From Octopus sinensis (lineage: Eukaryota), in assembly GCF_006345805.1 (NCBI RefSeq), contig NC_042997.1:198338001-198402000 (forward strand): a DNA stretch of 64,000 bases, in the 5' to 3' direction. Of this stretch, positions 1 through 12,328 are shown piece after piece. Position 1 is the stretch's first letter; each line of letters opens with the position of its first letter. The translations under genes and the position numbers were made by a program. The notes under the pieces are model-generated. The model searched no databases, was not told the DNA's origin, and saw only the letters and a list, made by a program, of their open reading frames with translations.

Positions 1-403
1 ATTCTTTAACAAGAATAATATTGACAGTGACTTTGGAATTTCGGTAAATCATTTGTTATAATATTCGTGCTTAAGATCCGGAGTTACGTGCAACATTGAT
101 TTCATTTGGGAGAGGGAGATTTGCAAGGAGGAAATCCGTTCTCGTTCTCAGTAGAGACGATATTCTAGGAAAACATTGTTTAGAGCTTAGGGAATCATTG
201 CTTCTACTATTTACTACTGCGACTGCTGCTACTGTTGCTGCTACAGATGATAGTGTAAGTAACCTCCTTTCCTCTTATGATTTTACCGAGTTTACAAATG
301 CCGGGTTAAAAAGCTTCCTTTTAAGGTTGTCTGTTGTTTGCAATGATTATATTCTCTTTTTCACAATTCATAGTAAATATTTATTAAATCCATTAACATA
401 GTA

Positions 404-1063
404 AATTTGGATTGTACCTCAATGTCAAGAAAACGACGATCAAGTCAACAGCAGCCACATCAAACATCAGCATCAAGATCGATAATGAAGAGATCGAAGT
501 GGTTGATGATTTCATCTTCCTTGGTTCCAAAACAAATCGAGATGGTAACTGCACTCCAGAAATAAGGCAGTGGATAGTACTAGGCAGAGAGGCAATGGTC
601 AGCATGAGCAAGGTCTGGAAGAGTAGAGACATCAGCCTCGCTACCAAATGCAGATTGGTGAATGCAATCGTCTTCCCAATAGCAACATATGGATGCGAGA
701 CCTGGACACTAAAGAAAGCTGACCAGAAGAGAATAAATGCATTCGAGCTTTGGTGTTGGAGAAGACTTTTACGGATTCCATGGTCAAGCCGAAAATGTCG
801 CTAGAAGCTCGGATCACCAACCATAGATTGGCATATTTTGGTCATATTGTGCGGGGAAAATACCTGGAGAAGGACAAGATGCTCAGAATGGTCAGTGGCA
901 GGAGAGGAAGAGGCCAACCAAGAACCCGCTGACTTGACACTATCAAGAGTGACACGGGATGGCCATAGCCAATCTGAAAGAAGCGACCCAGGATAGAACT
1001 GGCTGGAGAACACTGATCCATCGAGTTACCAAGAGTCGACTTCGACTGAACGGATAGAGAGAG
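404..1063 (+). mobile_element. 5'-truncated RTE-clade (BovB-like) LINE 3' end with target-site duplication
   Basis: ORFs 412-804 and 750-932 read FIFLGS..KCRLVNAIVFPIATYGCETWTLKK..AFELWCWRRLLRIPW and LAYFGHIVR..GRRGRGQPRTR, the RTE RT C-terminus. A 9-bp TSD AACATAGTA lies at 395-403 and 1064-1072. Confidence 0.92.
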
Positions 1064-1591
1064 AACATAGTAGTGAGAATCCTATTGCAAATCATCTTAT
1101 TATTTAGTGAGTATTGCTCTCTTTCAGCTTCACAAATGTCGTTTGCATTTGTGGTGTATCTGCTGGGGGAAGGATTTATTATTCTGAGTAGGTCTTGTAT
1201 AAAGGTAACCCTTGTTTCTTCCCATATATTATACTTTGAGAAATATCCTTATTTGAGATTTTCTTTTAAGGATGCTACTTTCCTGGAGCTAAGTTCAAAG
1301 TTATGTGCAGATGATTCATGAGGATTAGAATCATACTTTTACACTTTTTCTTCCTTTGATATCGTTCTCTTCATAGTTAGTGTTGAAGACCTGAAATCTT
1401 ATTTGATTATTAAAGCATCAAAGTGCTAAATATCACAAAACAGTGTGGAAAAGGGAATAGATAAATGGTTGATCTCGGATGTGGAAGGATTGAGAGTCCA
1501 ATATCTACATTAAAACTACAGGGAGACAATAAATCTAATGGTATTGTAAAGGATTAGAATCCCTTCTCAAGTATCAATAAGAGTGGCAAAA

Positions 1592-1988
1592 GGCGGTTAC
1601 CTGGCAGAAACGTTAGCACGCTGGGCGAAATGCTTAGCGGTATTTCGTCTGCCGCTACGTCCTGAGTTCAAATTCCGCCGAGGTCCACTTTGCCTTTTAT
1701 CCTTTCGGGGTCGATAAATTAAGTACCAGTTACCGACTGGGGTCGATATAATCGACTTAATCCGTGTGTCTGTCCTTGTTTGTCCTCTCTGTGTTTAGCC
1801 CTTGTGGGTAGTAAAGAAATAGTTATTTCGTCTGCCGCTACGTTCTGAGTTCAAATTCCGCCGAGGTCGACTTTGCCTTTCATTCTTTCGGGGTCGATTA
1901 AATAAGTACTAGTTATGCACTGGGGTCGATATAATCGACTTAATCCCTTTGTCTGTCCTTGTTTGTCCCCTCTATGTTGTAATGAAAA
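1592..1988 (+). mobile_element. SINE family A (tRNA-derived), dimer: head + 2 modules
   Basis: A-box-like head and B box GAGTTCAAATTCC; module repeated after AAAGAAATAG. 16-bp TSD AATAAGAGTGGCAAAA at 1576-1591 and 1989-2004. Confidence 0.88.
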
Positions 1989-3255
1989 AATAAGAGTGGC
2001 AAAATTATTTCTGATGTTAGGGACAGTGGATGGTAAAAGCAGCAATGTGTCTTAAATCATTTAGGAATCTATTTTTTACATTGTGGGTTTAAACTTTACC
2101 AGGATCAATATTTGCCGTTCATTCGTCTGGGACGGATAACATATGTCACAGTTATATGCTGGAATTGATTCAATCGACTGTATTCTTTTAATATAAATGC
2201 GTGGCTTTATATTCAGCATAAGATATCCTAAACCCTATTCAGATTATAACTTTTTCCTTGCTATTATTTCATTACTGTTGTGTTTTAAGCGGATTTTTTC
2301 TAAGCCATAATGGTCTGAGTAAAAAACAACAAAACAATGTTTCATGCTTCAAATAAAATTCTGTTAGCTTTTACCAATTGTTTTCTCGGAGTTTAATTAC
2401 AGACGGGGATTTAGCACCACTAGTTGGCACCGTAGATGCTTTTAGCTAAGTTCACTGTGTTGCCAGCACTGACAGCCAAGCCATGGGTTTGAGGATCCAT
2501 TCCTTTCTTCCTTTATACTACAGGTCTTGGAGGCCTTGTAATGGATCAAGAGTGTTACCTTCCCTAATGTCTAATCGATAAAATAAAAGTAAAATTATGT
2601 GGTTTCCGTGCTTCAGGGAACTTAGTTTATACACATGCTGGCTAATTTGATGTATAGAATTATTTCCCTTCACTAAGAAAATCTTAAATCAGCGCCCTTG
2701 TAGTAATACTGAGTGTATTTGAACATGAATTGATGTATGTTTCTTATTAGCACTACTAACGAACACTTATATATTACTTCTACTGAAAGCATCAGTCTAT
2801 TCAAGGGAATTTGTTTTATGAATAAAAATATACTGACGGAATAATCAGGATAACCATAACGCATGAAAGCAATTTTCAATGCAAACTTTATATATTCTAT
2901 ATTCTATATTTTTTTCTAACGAGACTTGACATTAATGCATCATTTTTCTTTATATAAAAAGACATTTTCTGAGAGTGATTCTCGTTAATGACACCAATTA
3001 TAATTGAAAATGAAATGAGATGCTACCCAAACTCTTCTTTCGACGTCACTTCCCAACCCCCATTACAATTAGTGCAAAAACTTGTCTGGCCAAGGAAAAA
3101 AGCTTCGAGTGATTGTGTTACATCCAAACAATAACAGCCAAACCTCTCAAACTACACAACCTTCCATATGACAATATAAAGTACACATCATAAACACTTC
3201 GTATAAAATAATGACATGACAGTAATGGTTCCCATACCGCAAGTACAACGTTTAT

Positions 3256-3636
3256 TATTTCTTTACTGCCCACAAGGGGCCAAACACGGAGAGGACAAAC
3301 AAACGGATTAAGTCGATTATATCAACCATAGCGCTTAACTGGTACTTATCTAATCGACCCCGAAAGGATGAAAGGCAAAGTCGACCTCGGCGGAATTTGA
3401 ACTCAGAACGTAAAGACAGACGAAATACCTATTTCTTTACTACCCACAAGGGGCTAAACACAGACAGGACAAACAAGGACAGACAAACGGATTAAGTCGA
3501 TTATATCGACTCCAGTGCGTAACTGGTACTTATTTCATCGACCCCGAAAGGATGAAAGGCAAAGTCGACCTCGGCGGAATTTGAACTCAGAACGAAGCGG
3601 CAGACGAAATACGGCTACGCATTTCGCCCGGCGTGC
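3256..3636 (-). mobile_element. SINE family A dimer
   Basis: Reverse complement of two family A modules joined by CGAAATACCTATTTCTTTAC. Confidence 0.85.
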
Positions 3637-4069
3637 AACACAGCCACTTACCTCGACGATTCCCCTTCCATTAACATCTACGTATACACTCCAATGTTAT
3701 TGATTATCCTCAGCAAACGTGTTACGTTTTTGACCCTGACGCTAATTTACTTTTCACTCTTACATCCAGCATACTATGTGTTACGGTAGCAGAAATAAAA
3801 CATCTATCTAAATTAGACGACCCTTGCGGGGAAGAGTCCATATAAGTTTTTGCTGCTAAAGTTTATGTGCAATAAATTGGTTATACTTCTACAATATACA
3901 GAATATTTAAACAAATTTTTAAAACTACAATTCCTAATATTTAATTATGAAAATATAATAGGATTTTTTAAAACGATCAAATGGCTTTGGGGGTCCAGTA
4001 AAGTAAATAGGAATCAGAGGTCTACGGGCAAAAAAAAAAAATGGTTGAGAACTAGTCATTATACTGAAC

Positions 4070-4652
4070 CAGCGCTTCTTAAATTATGGGTCACGATCCC
4101 ATTTGGAATCGTGAAAATTATTTTATAAATATATTGATCAACAAAAATATAAATGATTCATGTATTTATTTGTGTCTTATTTCATATTTAGGTAGTGGGT
4201 AGCGATTTTCTTCAGGGAGTGACGACCCTGCCTGACACGAGTCCCGGGCCACTTGGCTCCGGCTGACAGTATCCAGGGTTACGGAAAGGAGACAACCTTC
4301 AAAGAAATCCGGACTGGAGCCCCGTAGGCGGTTTAGTGTTCGACTCGACACTCTTCCGGCAGCTCCTGCAACCAAGCTGGTGCCAGATGTAATGCTCTGC
4401 ACTCCTTTGGATTACGTCAGCAAGGTCGAGAGATGAATCCTGACAATTGGGCTACCCAGGATTTCTTACATCTAGCCTAGGCCTGCACAAAACTGGAGAG
4501 GACATGAAATGTAAAAACCAGACTGGATTAGTTTATGCGCAACCCCATTGTCTTCCGAGACAAAAGGATGCCAACAATTCATATTTAATACCTGGGGCCG
4601 CAAAAATCTCGTGATGAAAAATGGTGTCTTGAAAAAAGTTTAAGAAGAGCTG
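4070..4652. mobile_element. hAT/Charlie-like MITE interrupted by a GC-richer insert
   Basis: TIRs CAGCGCTTCTTAAA (4070-4083) and TTTAAGAAGAGCTG (4639-4652), 13/14 complementary. Right flank CTCTAGAC fits the NTCTAGAN target, but the left flank does not match it, so the TSD is unconfirmed. Confidence 0.5.
4195..4585 (+). mobile_element. GC-richer insert resembling an RTE 5' UTR
   Basis: GC-rich segment inside the MITE; AAATCCGGACTGGAGCCCC resembles RTE 5' regions from memory. No ORF support. Confidence 0.3.
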
Positions 4653-5437
4653 CTCTAGACTCTATAGTAATGAATATACCTTGCTCTTAGCAAGATCTTA
4701 AAGGCGCTTTGCAGAGTTTTAATCCTATAGACCGTTACTGATTTCTCACCACTTGGATTTTAAATTTCCTAATGAATGGGATTTTGGAATATATGAGGGT
4801 CCCGTCACGATACCCTTTTTTCTGCTGTACATTACTGATTTTCGTTCCTATATTTCGAATGAAAAACAAACAGGCAGCTTCACTGTTTACTCCACAAATA
4901 CTTTACCATTCATCATTCCATAGCTTTCTGCGTACAGACGATAGATAAACGAAACCGATACACCTCGTGCCAGATTCCATGTACTGGAGTCAAGATATAC
5001 CCAAAATGAAGATCTCTTTACGTATCAGCTACAGTGCTGTTGATACGTACAAACATCACAGATGGTATTAAAATATATAAAAAAGCAATGTTACCGTGTT
5101 GATTAGCAAAGTTTCATTTGCGCAGGCACCTGGACGAAAAGGCTACCAAAAGGCTTGTTTTCCTCTCCATCACCTCTGTGTTTATTTAACCTTTGTATAT
5201 CAACTAGCAACTGTATAATTTTCATCTGCTAACACTCACAAAATCGCAAGCCTCTCACCTACTATCCTAGTTACAGTGACTAGATCCTCATCAAGTCTTG
5301 CATTAAACACTCTACATAATAATACTAAATTAAAGCAAAGCATTTTTCTCTACAGGTACCAGCCTACATAAGTTCAAATTCAATACCAACATTACAAAAC
5401 CTCATTGGGACTACCTCACCACCTCAGTTTGAACTTG

Positions 5438-5481
<44 letters not shown>

Positions 5482-5876
5482 AACCTACTAATAAATAATA
5501 AATATTGTTATCAATTCCAAGTGCTACAATTTCCTATTGTGTACCCCCAGAGAGATTTCGAGATAGCTGCTAATTAGAGAAGCTTGAATTTATAGCTCAA
5601 TATAAACGTTTACCTACTTCACTTATTGGACTTGGTGCCCCATAATTATATTCTTCAACAGGTTTCAAATTTAGGAATTTAATATATTCGAATAGGAAAT
5701 TCCATGTTGATATTGATCACTATCAAACGTTATACAAAAGAATATATTAGAGTTTCATCAATTATGCAGCTTTGAAAGTTCTTACCTTAAATTTCAAACT
5801 TATCTAATATGTGATAACAATATTTAGTGATTTGGCTGATCGGATTACATTCGAATTTTAGATTTATAGTTGTTAT

Positions 5877-5917
<41 letters not shown>

Positions 5918-6121
5918 TATATATATATATATATATATAGCTGTGAAAACCTGTCTCTAAAACCACATCATGTATTTAATACAACACAAGGTGAAAACAC
6001 AAAGAGATAAATAAATAAACTAGTGAAAATTGGGTAATTCCAGAGCCTGGGTTTCTGGCTCTGTATAAAAATACTTTGTCGTTTTCAATGATATATATAT
6101 ATATCTATATATATATATATA

Positions 6122-6277
6122 CGATAGGCTTCTTTCAGTTTCCGCCTATCAAATCCATTTCCAAAGCTTTGGTTGGCCTGAGGCTATAGCAGAAGACACT
6201 TGCCCAAAGTGTAACGCGGTGGACTGAACCCGGAACATGTGGTTGGTAAACAAGCTTCCACACGGCCACTCCTGAGC
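6122..6277 (-). mobile_element. SINE family B, flanked by (TA)n
   Basis: Reverse complement of GGCGCAGGAGTGGC..GGTTCAGTCC..CTTGGGCAAGTGTCTTC..GAAAGAAGCC, with several 1-bp deletions. Confidence 0.85.
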
Positions 6278-6315
6278 CTATATATATATATCTATATATA
6301 TATATATCTATATAT

Positions 6316-6366
<51 letters not shown>

Positions 6367-6389
6367 TATATATAGATATATATATATAT

Positions 6390-6430
<41 letters not shown>

Positions 6431-6432
<2 letters not shown>

Positions 6433-6822
6433 CGCAGGAGTGGCCGTGTGGTAAGTAGCTTGTTTACCAACCACATGGTTCCGGGTTCAGTCCCACTGCG
6501 TGGCACCTTGGGTAAGTGTCTTCTACTATAGCCTCGGGCCGACCAAAGCCTTGTGAGTGGATTTGGTAGACGGAAACTGAAAGAAGCCCGTCGTATATAT
6601 GTATATATATGTATGTGTATGTTAGTGTGTCTGTGTTTGTCCCCCTAGCATTGCTTGACAACCGATGGTGGTGTGTTTATGTCGCCGTCACCTAGCAGTT
6701 CGGCAAAAGAGATCGATAGAATAAGTGCTGGGTTTACAAAGAATAAGTCCCGGGGTCGAGTTGCTCGACTAAAGGCAGTGCCCCAGCATAGCCGCAGTCA
6801 AATGACTGAAACAAGTAAAAGA
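6431..6822 (+). mobile_element. SINE family B with its downstream tail module
   Basis: Head at 6431 (GGCGCAGGAGTGGCCGTGTGG, B box GGTTCAGTCC), body to about 6595. Tail 6620-6822 recurs at 14158-14370, 52930-53120 and 54720-54890. Confidence 0.88.
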
Positions 6823-6883
<61 letters not shown>

Positions 6884-7040
6884 CACAAACATACAAATAC
6901 TTACGTATGTGCAGGCGTATATACATATATTCACGTATATATACGACTAATTCAGTTATCCTTCTAAACACCATGTGCTATATGGTCAAAATAACACCGC
7001 AGTAAATATACTCACGGAGTGAATATATATAAATTTCTAT

Positions 7041-7305
7041 ATAAATAAAGATAAAATCGTTATTTAAATAACGATCAAATCAAGAAGCAGCATGGGAAGA
7101 AAAAACCTTATAGGTTATAATTATATTGTTTTTTCCACTTGTGGTGTATTAAATACATGAGGTTTTGACTACTATTTCAAGCATGGTGGCAACTCTTACA
7201 TACCCGCATTTATAATTTTTAATAATAATTATAACCTATAAAGTTTTTTTCTTCCCATGCTGCCACTTGATTTGATCGCTAATTAAATAATGATCTTATC
7301 CTTAT

Positions 7306-7307
<2 letters not shown>
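7041..7307. repeat. Imperfect inverted repeat, about 84-bp arms and 100-bp spacer
   Basis: CGATCAAATCAAGAAGCAGCATGGGAAGAAAAAACCTTATAGGTTATAATTAT is mirrored at about 7225-7307. Confidence 0.8.
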
Positions 7308-7349
<42 letters not shown>

Positions 7350-7353
7350 AATA

Positions 7354-7385
<32 letters not shown>

Positions 7386-7587
7386 CAGTGTAATTTCCCC
7401 TTGTTAACAATTAACACGGAAAAAATAGATAAATAGTTATCAAGGTAGCAAAAAGTCACACAAGTAAAGTGGTTGTAACTCCTTGTTTTTAAAGGTAAAA
7501 ACTTCGGGCTTACGTAGAATTTTTTGCCTAATACGTGTCAGAAGCAAAACTATTTGAATTATACCTGCGTTAAACTCCATTGATATA

Positions 7588-7637
<50 letters not shown>

Positions 7638-7639
<2 letters not shown>

Positions 7640-7801
7640 GATAGGCTTCTTTCAGTTTCCGCCTATCAAATCCATTTCCAAAGCTTTGGTTGGCCTGAGG
7701 CTATAGCAGAAGACACTTGCCCAAAGTGTAACGCGGTGGGACTGAACCCGGAAGCATTTGGTTGGGAAGCAAACTTCTTACCACACAACGACACCTGCGC
7801 C
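7638..7801 (-). mobile_element. SINE family B
   Basis: Body near-identical to the 6122 copy; adjoins (TA)n. Confidence 0.85.
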
Positions 7802-8961
7802 TTGTTATTTTCCTCCAATTCTTTAATTTATTATTTTCAAACCCCAATAACTAATTCTTTTCAATGTTCGCGTGAGACCCACGAAAGAACCCATTCATAT
7901 TTATGAAACGATGCAGTTTCACTGCATACGAGACATCATTTATCCGACATGAAATCCATCTCTAATGCATTCCAAATTATGACCATCCTAACCTTCTTAT
8001 CTCTCATCTTCTCGCCATCTATGTTATACTCACTCTCCACCCTTCACGAACCAGTTCAGTCCTTACTAGTCCTTCTGATTTTTATAACTGTATATTGTAC
8101 TTCACTAATATCAATTAAGCAGCATATTAAATTTTGATGAAAGCGAAAACCTCGTTCTATTGATAACCATCGTCTGCTGTGTATATTATACAGGCTATGT
8201 AAAAGAAAAACACTGATTGCATTAATATTTTCTTTCAAGAGATTTCTATAACATACTGTATGTCATTTGGATAATCTGAATCTATGAGACTCCAGTGCAT
8301 ATGTGGCTTTCAAATATAACAATATAAGCAAACAGTAAGTTTTAGATAGCCATCTAACATTGATACATTGTGTGTTGTAGACAAGATGGCTTTCGGCTAA
8401 TTCTTTTCTGTGTGTGACTGTCTCAATAAAAGTCAGATTAGTGTTAATGGGGTCATCAGTTCTTTCTTTGAGTGTGAGTATTTCTATATCAAGTGAACTG
8501 TTAATTATTGCCTCACTTATTTGCATTGTGTTGCTACTAAGATTAAAGAACTCCATTAGATAAATCAAAGCTACCATCTGCTAAGTCTGGCTTTTAGAGT
8601 AGAGATATTTCCACCAACTTACGGAACCACTTTCTCTTTCGACCGTAACTCGTATGGAAATTATTCACTGTATAACGTGTTTTACTAACCTCTTCGATCA
8701 CTTGTGCAAATACTCAATCATATTTATAGATAGCTAATCTCAATATTGCCTGTCTCTTTAGTAACGACAGATCATTTACTAAGCAGCCGAAATTAATTTT
8801 TGTCTTTACCCTCTCTGTCTCCCATTAGATAAAGTTTTATGGACAGAAATACCAATACTTGTTATAAGTTGTAAAGTTCTTGGTCTACTACAAAATAACC
8901 AGACTTCAAAAGGGGTTATAAACCCTGATCTAAAAGTATTCCTATAGCATAAAAGTTTCAA

Positions 8962-9192
8962 GGCGGCGAGCTGGCAGAAACGTTAGCATGCCAGGCGAAA
9001 TGCTTAGCAGTATTTCGTCTTTTGTTACGTTCTGAGTTCAAATTCCGCCGAGGTCGACTTTGCCTTTCATCTTTTTGGGGTCGATAAATTAAGTACCAGT
9101 TACTCACTGGGGTCGATGTAATCGACTTAATCCGCTTGTCTGTCCTTGTTTGTCCCCTCTGTGTTTAGCCCCTTGTGGGCAATGAAGAAATA
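8962..9192 (+). mobile_element. SINE family A monomer with TSD
   Basis: Head plus one module; TSD CATAAAAGTTTCAA at 8948-8961 and 9196-9209. Confidence 0.9.
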
Positions 9193-10259
9193 TAACATAA
9201 AAGTTTCAATAGTACTGTCTCTCCTTCTCCCCCTTTCTCTCTCTCTCTCTGTCCCTTTCTCGCTCCCTTGCTCGCTTTCTTCCATCTGATTGCAGATTTG
9301 CAGGGATGGAGATTTTGAGCTCAAAGATTTGAAAAATTCTTTGAAATACCTTCTACGAAATTAAGGTCAATTGGCTGTCACAATTTTCAGTGGAAAACCA
9401 TGTGACGCCGTTTATGATTTTCTTCATTATATATAACAAATTTGCTATATATATTTTCAAGGATGAGAAACTGAAAGGTCTTGTATGGCACAAATATGCC
9501 CGACAGTTAGCGATAACAGTTTCATTGTAAGTACTATTGGTACTTTTAAAGCGGTGCACTACTAAAATGTTTGTATACCAGTTCAAAGACGTCTGCTTAT
9601 TTCTCAATGTCTTACAGTGATTCTCTTGTTCTTTTTAGGTAAACGATATAAATGTGACTTATGTATACAGTTAAGCCATGGTCATCTCATTGCTCATCAG
9701 ACATCACCTTTAAGGCCCTTTTGACTATTCACACTCTGAACAGGTGATACCTTAACGTTGCAGTTATGACAACTTCCGAATAGTATTAGGAAATACGCAG
9801 CATTTGTTTTCAGACAATCTGTTTTAGAACTTTTACTAATTCAGCCGACTGGCTATTAATTCAAGTTCTTGGCTATTATTAACTATGTTAATTTTAAGTT
9901 CAATATTTCGTGCGTCACTTGTCTTCACAATAATCATATTTCATAATCAGTGAGAGATCTGTTGTATATACGTAACTTTAGCGAGTTGAGAGCACGAATA
10001 GCAGAAACTTAATTGGTTCTTTGTTAAAACGTGGACAGCATAGTTTTATTTGGTCAGCACATTATTGAATTTTTCTGAAATTTTGTTTTAAACTTCTGCT
10101 TTTGCATTGCTGTGAAACAGCTAGTAAATGTTTAAGATATTCAATTATTTATAACCAGAAGCATGACTTCCAAATTGTTTTCTTAGCGGCTTGGAACCCT
10201 TCAGAAGATGACTCCACTTCGTAAAGCAGAATGTTTTTAGTTTGCTACTCTGTTGGGAG

Positions 10260-10570
10260 TGGAGGCGCAATGGCCCAGTGGTTAGGGCAGCGGACTCGCG
10301 GTCGGAGGATCACGGTTTCGATTTCCAGACCGGGCGTTGTGAGTGTTTATTGAGCTAAAACACCTAAAGCTCAACGAGGCTCCGGCAGGGGGGGGGGCGA
10401 CCCCTGTTGTACTCTTTCGCCACAACTTTTCTTCACTCTCTCTTCCTGTTTCTTGAGTAACGCTGCGATTGACTGGCGTCCCGTCCAGCTTGGGGGGGGG
10501 GGGACACGTACGCCACAGAAACCGGGAAACCGGGCCCATGAGCCTGGCTAGGCTTGAAAAGGGCGACGTT
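10260..10570 (+). mobile_element. SINE family C (tRNA head)
   Basis: TGGCCCAGTGG A box and GGTTTCGATTTCC B box; homologous to 27236, 28095 (-) and 57818. Confidence 0.82.
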
Positions 10571-10610
10571 TTTTTTTTTACTCTGTTGGGAGCTTTTCTC
10601 TTTAGTGAAC

Positions 10611-10694
<84 letters not shown>

Positions 10695-10844
10695 GTGAGA
10701 AATGCATAAAACAAAGCTTTTATGTTTCCATCGCTGCGAAATATTTAGTAGAAAACATTCTGACAGTGAGTCTATCAGGTGTACGAACAGAAGAATGTGC
10801 ACGTTTAATAACTTTGAGATCTGTGGGACCAGTAGGTATGTCCC

Positions 10845-11014
10845 TTATTTACATTATTTACATTCGGCTGATATTTGTCCTCATCTTGTTTGTTGTTAAC
10901 ACAACATTTCGGCTGATATACCCTCCAGCCTTCTTCAGGTGTCTTGGGGAAATTTCGAACCTGGGTTCTCATTCCTAAGGTATTTTTCGATGATATTATT
11001 ATTATTATTATTAC

Positions 11015-11048
<34 letters not shown>

Positions 11049-11138
11049 GTTGTTGTTGTTGTTGTTAGTGTTCAGGTCACTGCTTGGAATCGAACTCGGA
11101 ATCTTGGAGTTAGTAGCCCGCGCTCTTAACCACTACGC
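10845..11138 (-). mobile_element. SINE family E: tRNA head + (AAT)n + hammerhead-bearing tail
   Basis: Minus strand reads GGCGTAGTGGTTAAGAGCGCGGG..GAGTTCGATTCC, then a microsatellite, then a tail shared with 11145 and 52105. Confidence 0.85.
10898..10943 (-). ncRNA. Minimal type I hammerhead ribozyme motif
   Basis: GACAC-CUGAAGA-A-GGCUG(gagggtatat)CAGCC-GAAA-UG-U-U/GUGUU. Confidence 0.65.
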
Positions 11139-11144
11139 CGTGGT

Positions 11145-11389
11145 CGTAGTGGTTAAGCGTCGATTCCAAGCATTGACCTGAACACTAACAATAATAATAA
11201 TGATAATAATAATAACATCGAAAAATGCCTTAGGGATGAGAACCCAGGTTCGAAATTTCCCTAAGACACCTGAAGAAAGCTGGAGGGTATATCAGCTGAA
11301 ATGTTGTGTTAACAGCAAACAAGATAAGGACAAATATCCGTCGAATGTAAATAATGTATATAATTCCTCATCTCTTAAATATAGAACAG
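11145..11389 (+). mobile_element. SINE family E, head internally deleted, inverted against the previous copy
   Basis: CGTAGTGGTTAAG..CGATTCCAAGCATTGACCTGAAC, (AAT)n, then the same tail. Confidence 0.82.
11265..11310 (+). ncRNA. Minimal type I hammerhead ribozyme motif
   Basis: GACAC-CUGAAGA-A-AGCUG(gagggtatat)CAGCU-GAAA-UG-U-U/GUGUU; compensatory A-U in place of G-C in stem II. Confidence 0.65.
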
Positions 11390-11578
11390 ATATGTCCCTT
11401 GTTTTAAGTTGTATCTTCACGGTCACCAGGCTATTTACCTAATCATTTATTTTTTCAATTCTATACATGACACCATTTTATTCCATTGATTGTCTCTTCA
11501 TAAGCTGCTCCTCCTCCTTCTGAATTTGGCATCCTTTCTGCAAGTCTAGAACTGATATTATTTTCAGATCCACAGTAA

Positions 11579-12328
11579 TCTCTATATATATAAAAGGCAA
11601 GTTGTCTGTCTGTGTGTCTGTCAGGTTGTACCCTCACCCTGACCACGGCTTTCAACTGATTCTGATGAAACTTGACACACACATAGCCCAATGTCATAAT
11701 TCAAAACTAATGCAGCGAGAATTTTGAAAAGTTCCCCCAGTTCTGAAAAAATCGATAAATTCGACATGTGCAACACATTTTCCGTTGTAGTTCTCGCAAC
11801 ATGCAATCGATTTTCACGAAACTCATGGTGAAGCTTAATGTTACCCTAAGGAACTTAATTCTGTCGTTAGTTTTCCATGCAATACCTTACGATTAGAAAA
11901 AATCGATAAAATCATGCCATTTTGGGAAATCGCGTTCAAATTCAAGATGACATATTTTCGACAATATCTTTAACAAATTGGTAGGAATTTTTTTTGAAAT
12001 TCACAGCGAGCATCATGTCTGCTCCAAGGAGCTATATGGCCCTTTTGATTCCAATAGGATACGTTATTACTGGAAAAAATCGGTTAATTACATCATATGT
12101 GGCACACATAGCAAACCGATTTTTCTGTGATATTTTTTGAAAGTTCACATAGATGTTCCCTACTCCTTCATGCATGCAAGGGAACGGTGCCTGAATGCCT
12201 TAATGCCTTTTAGGCTTCATTTTACAAAATAACGGTTCAATGAGTACAAAAAAGGGTAAAAAGGTAAAGGGCATTGCTTATCGACAAAGTTTCTTACATA
12301 CCCGGGCAACGCCGGGCTATGCTGCTAG
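11579..12328 (+). mobile_element. Non-autonomous Helitron
   Basis: A^TC start (TCTCTATATATATAAAAGG..CTGTCTG), 3' hairpin CCCGG-gcaacg-CCGGG at 12301-12316, CTAG^T end at 12325-12328, no TSD. Confidence 0.85.

Noticed and set aside
1-400. Possible decayed retroelement coding sequence (also 1073-1560, 7870-8600, 32200-32520)
   Set aside because: No diagnostic motif recoverable by eye.
10260-10330. tRNA genes at SINE heads
   Set aside because: Only A/B boxes remain; no full cloverleaf, and each continues into a SINE body.
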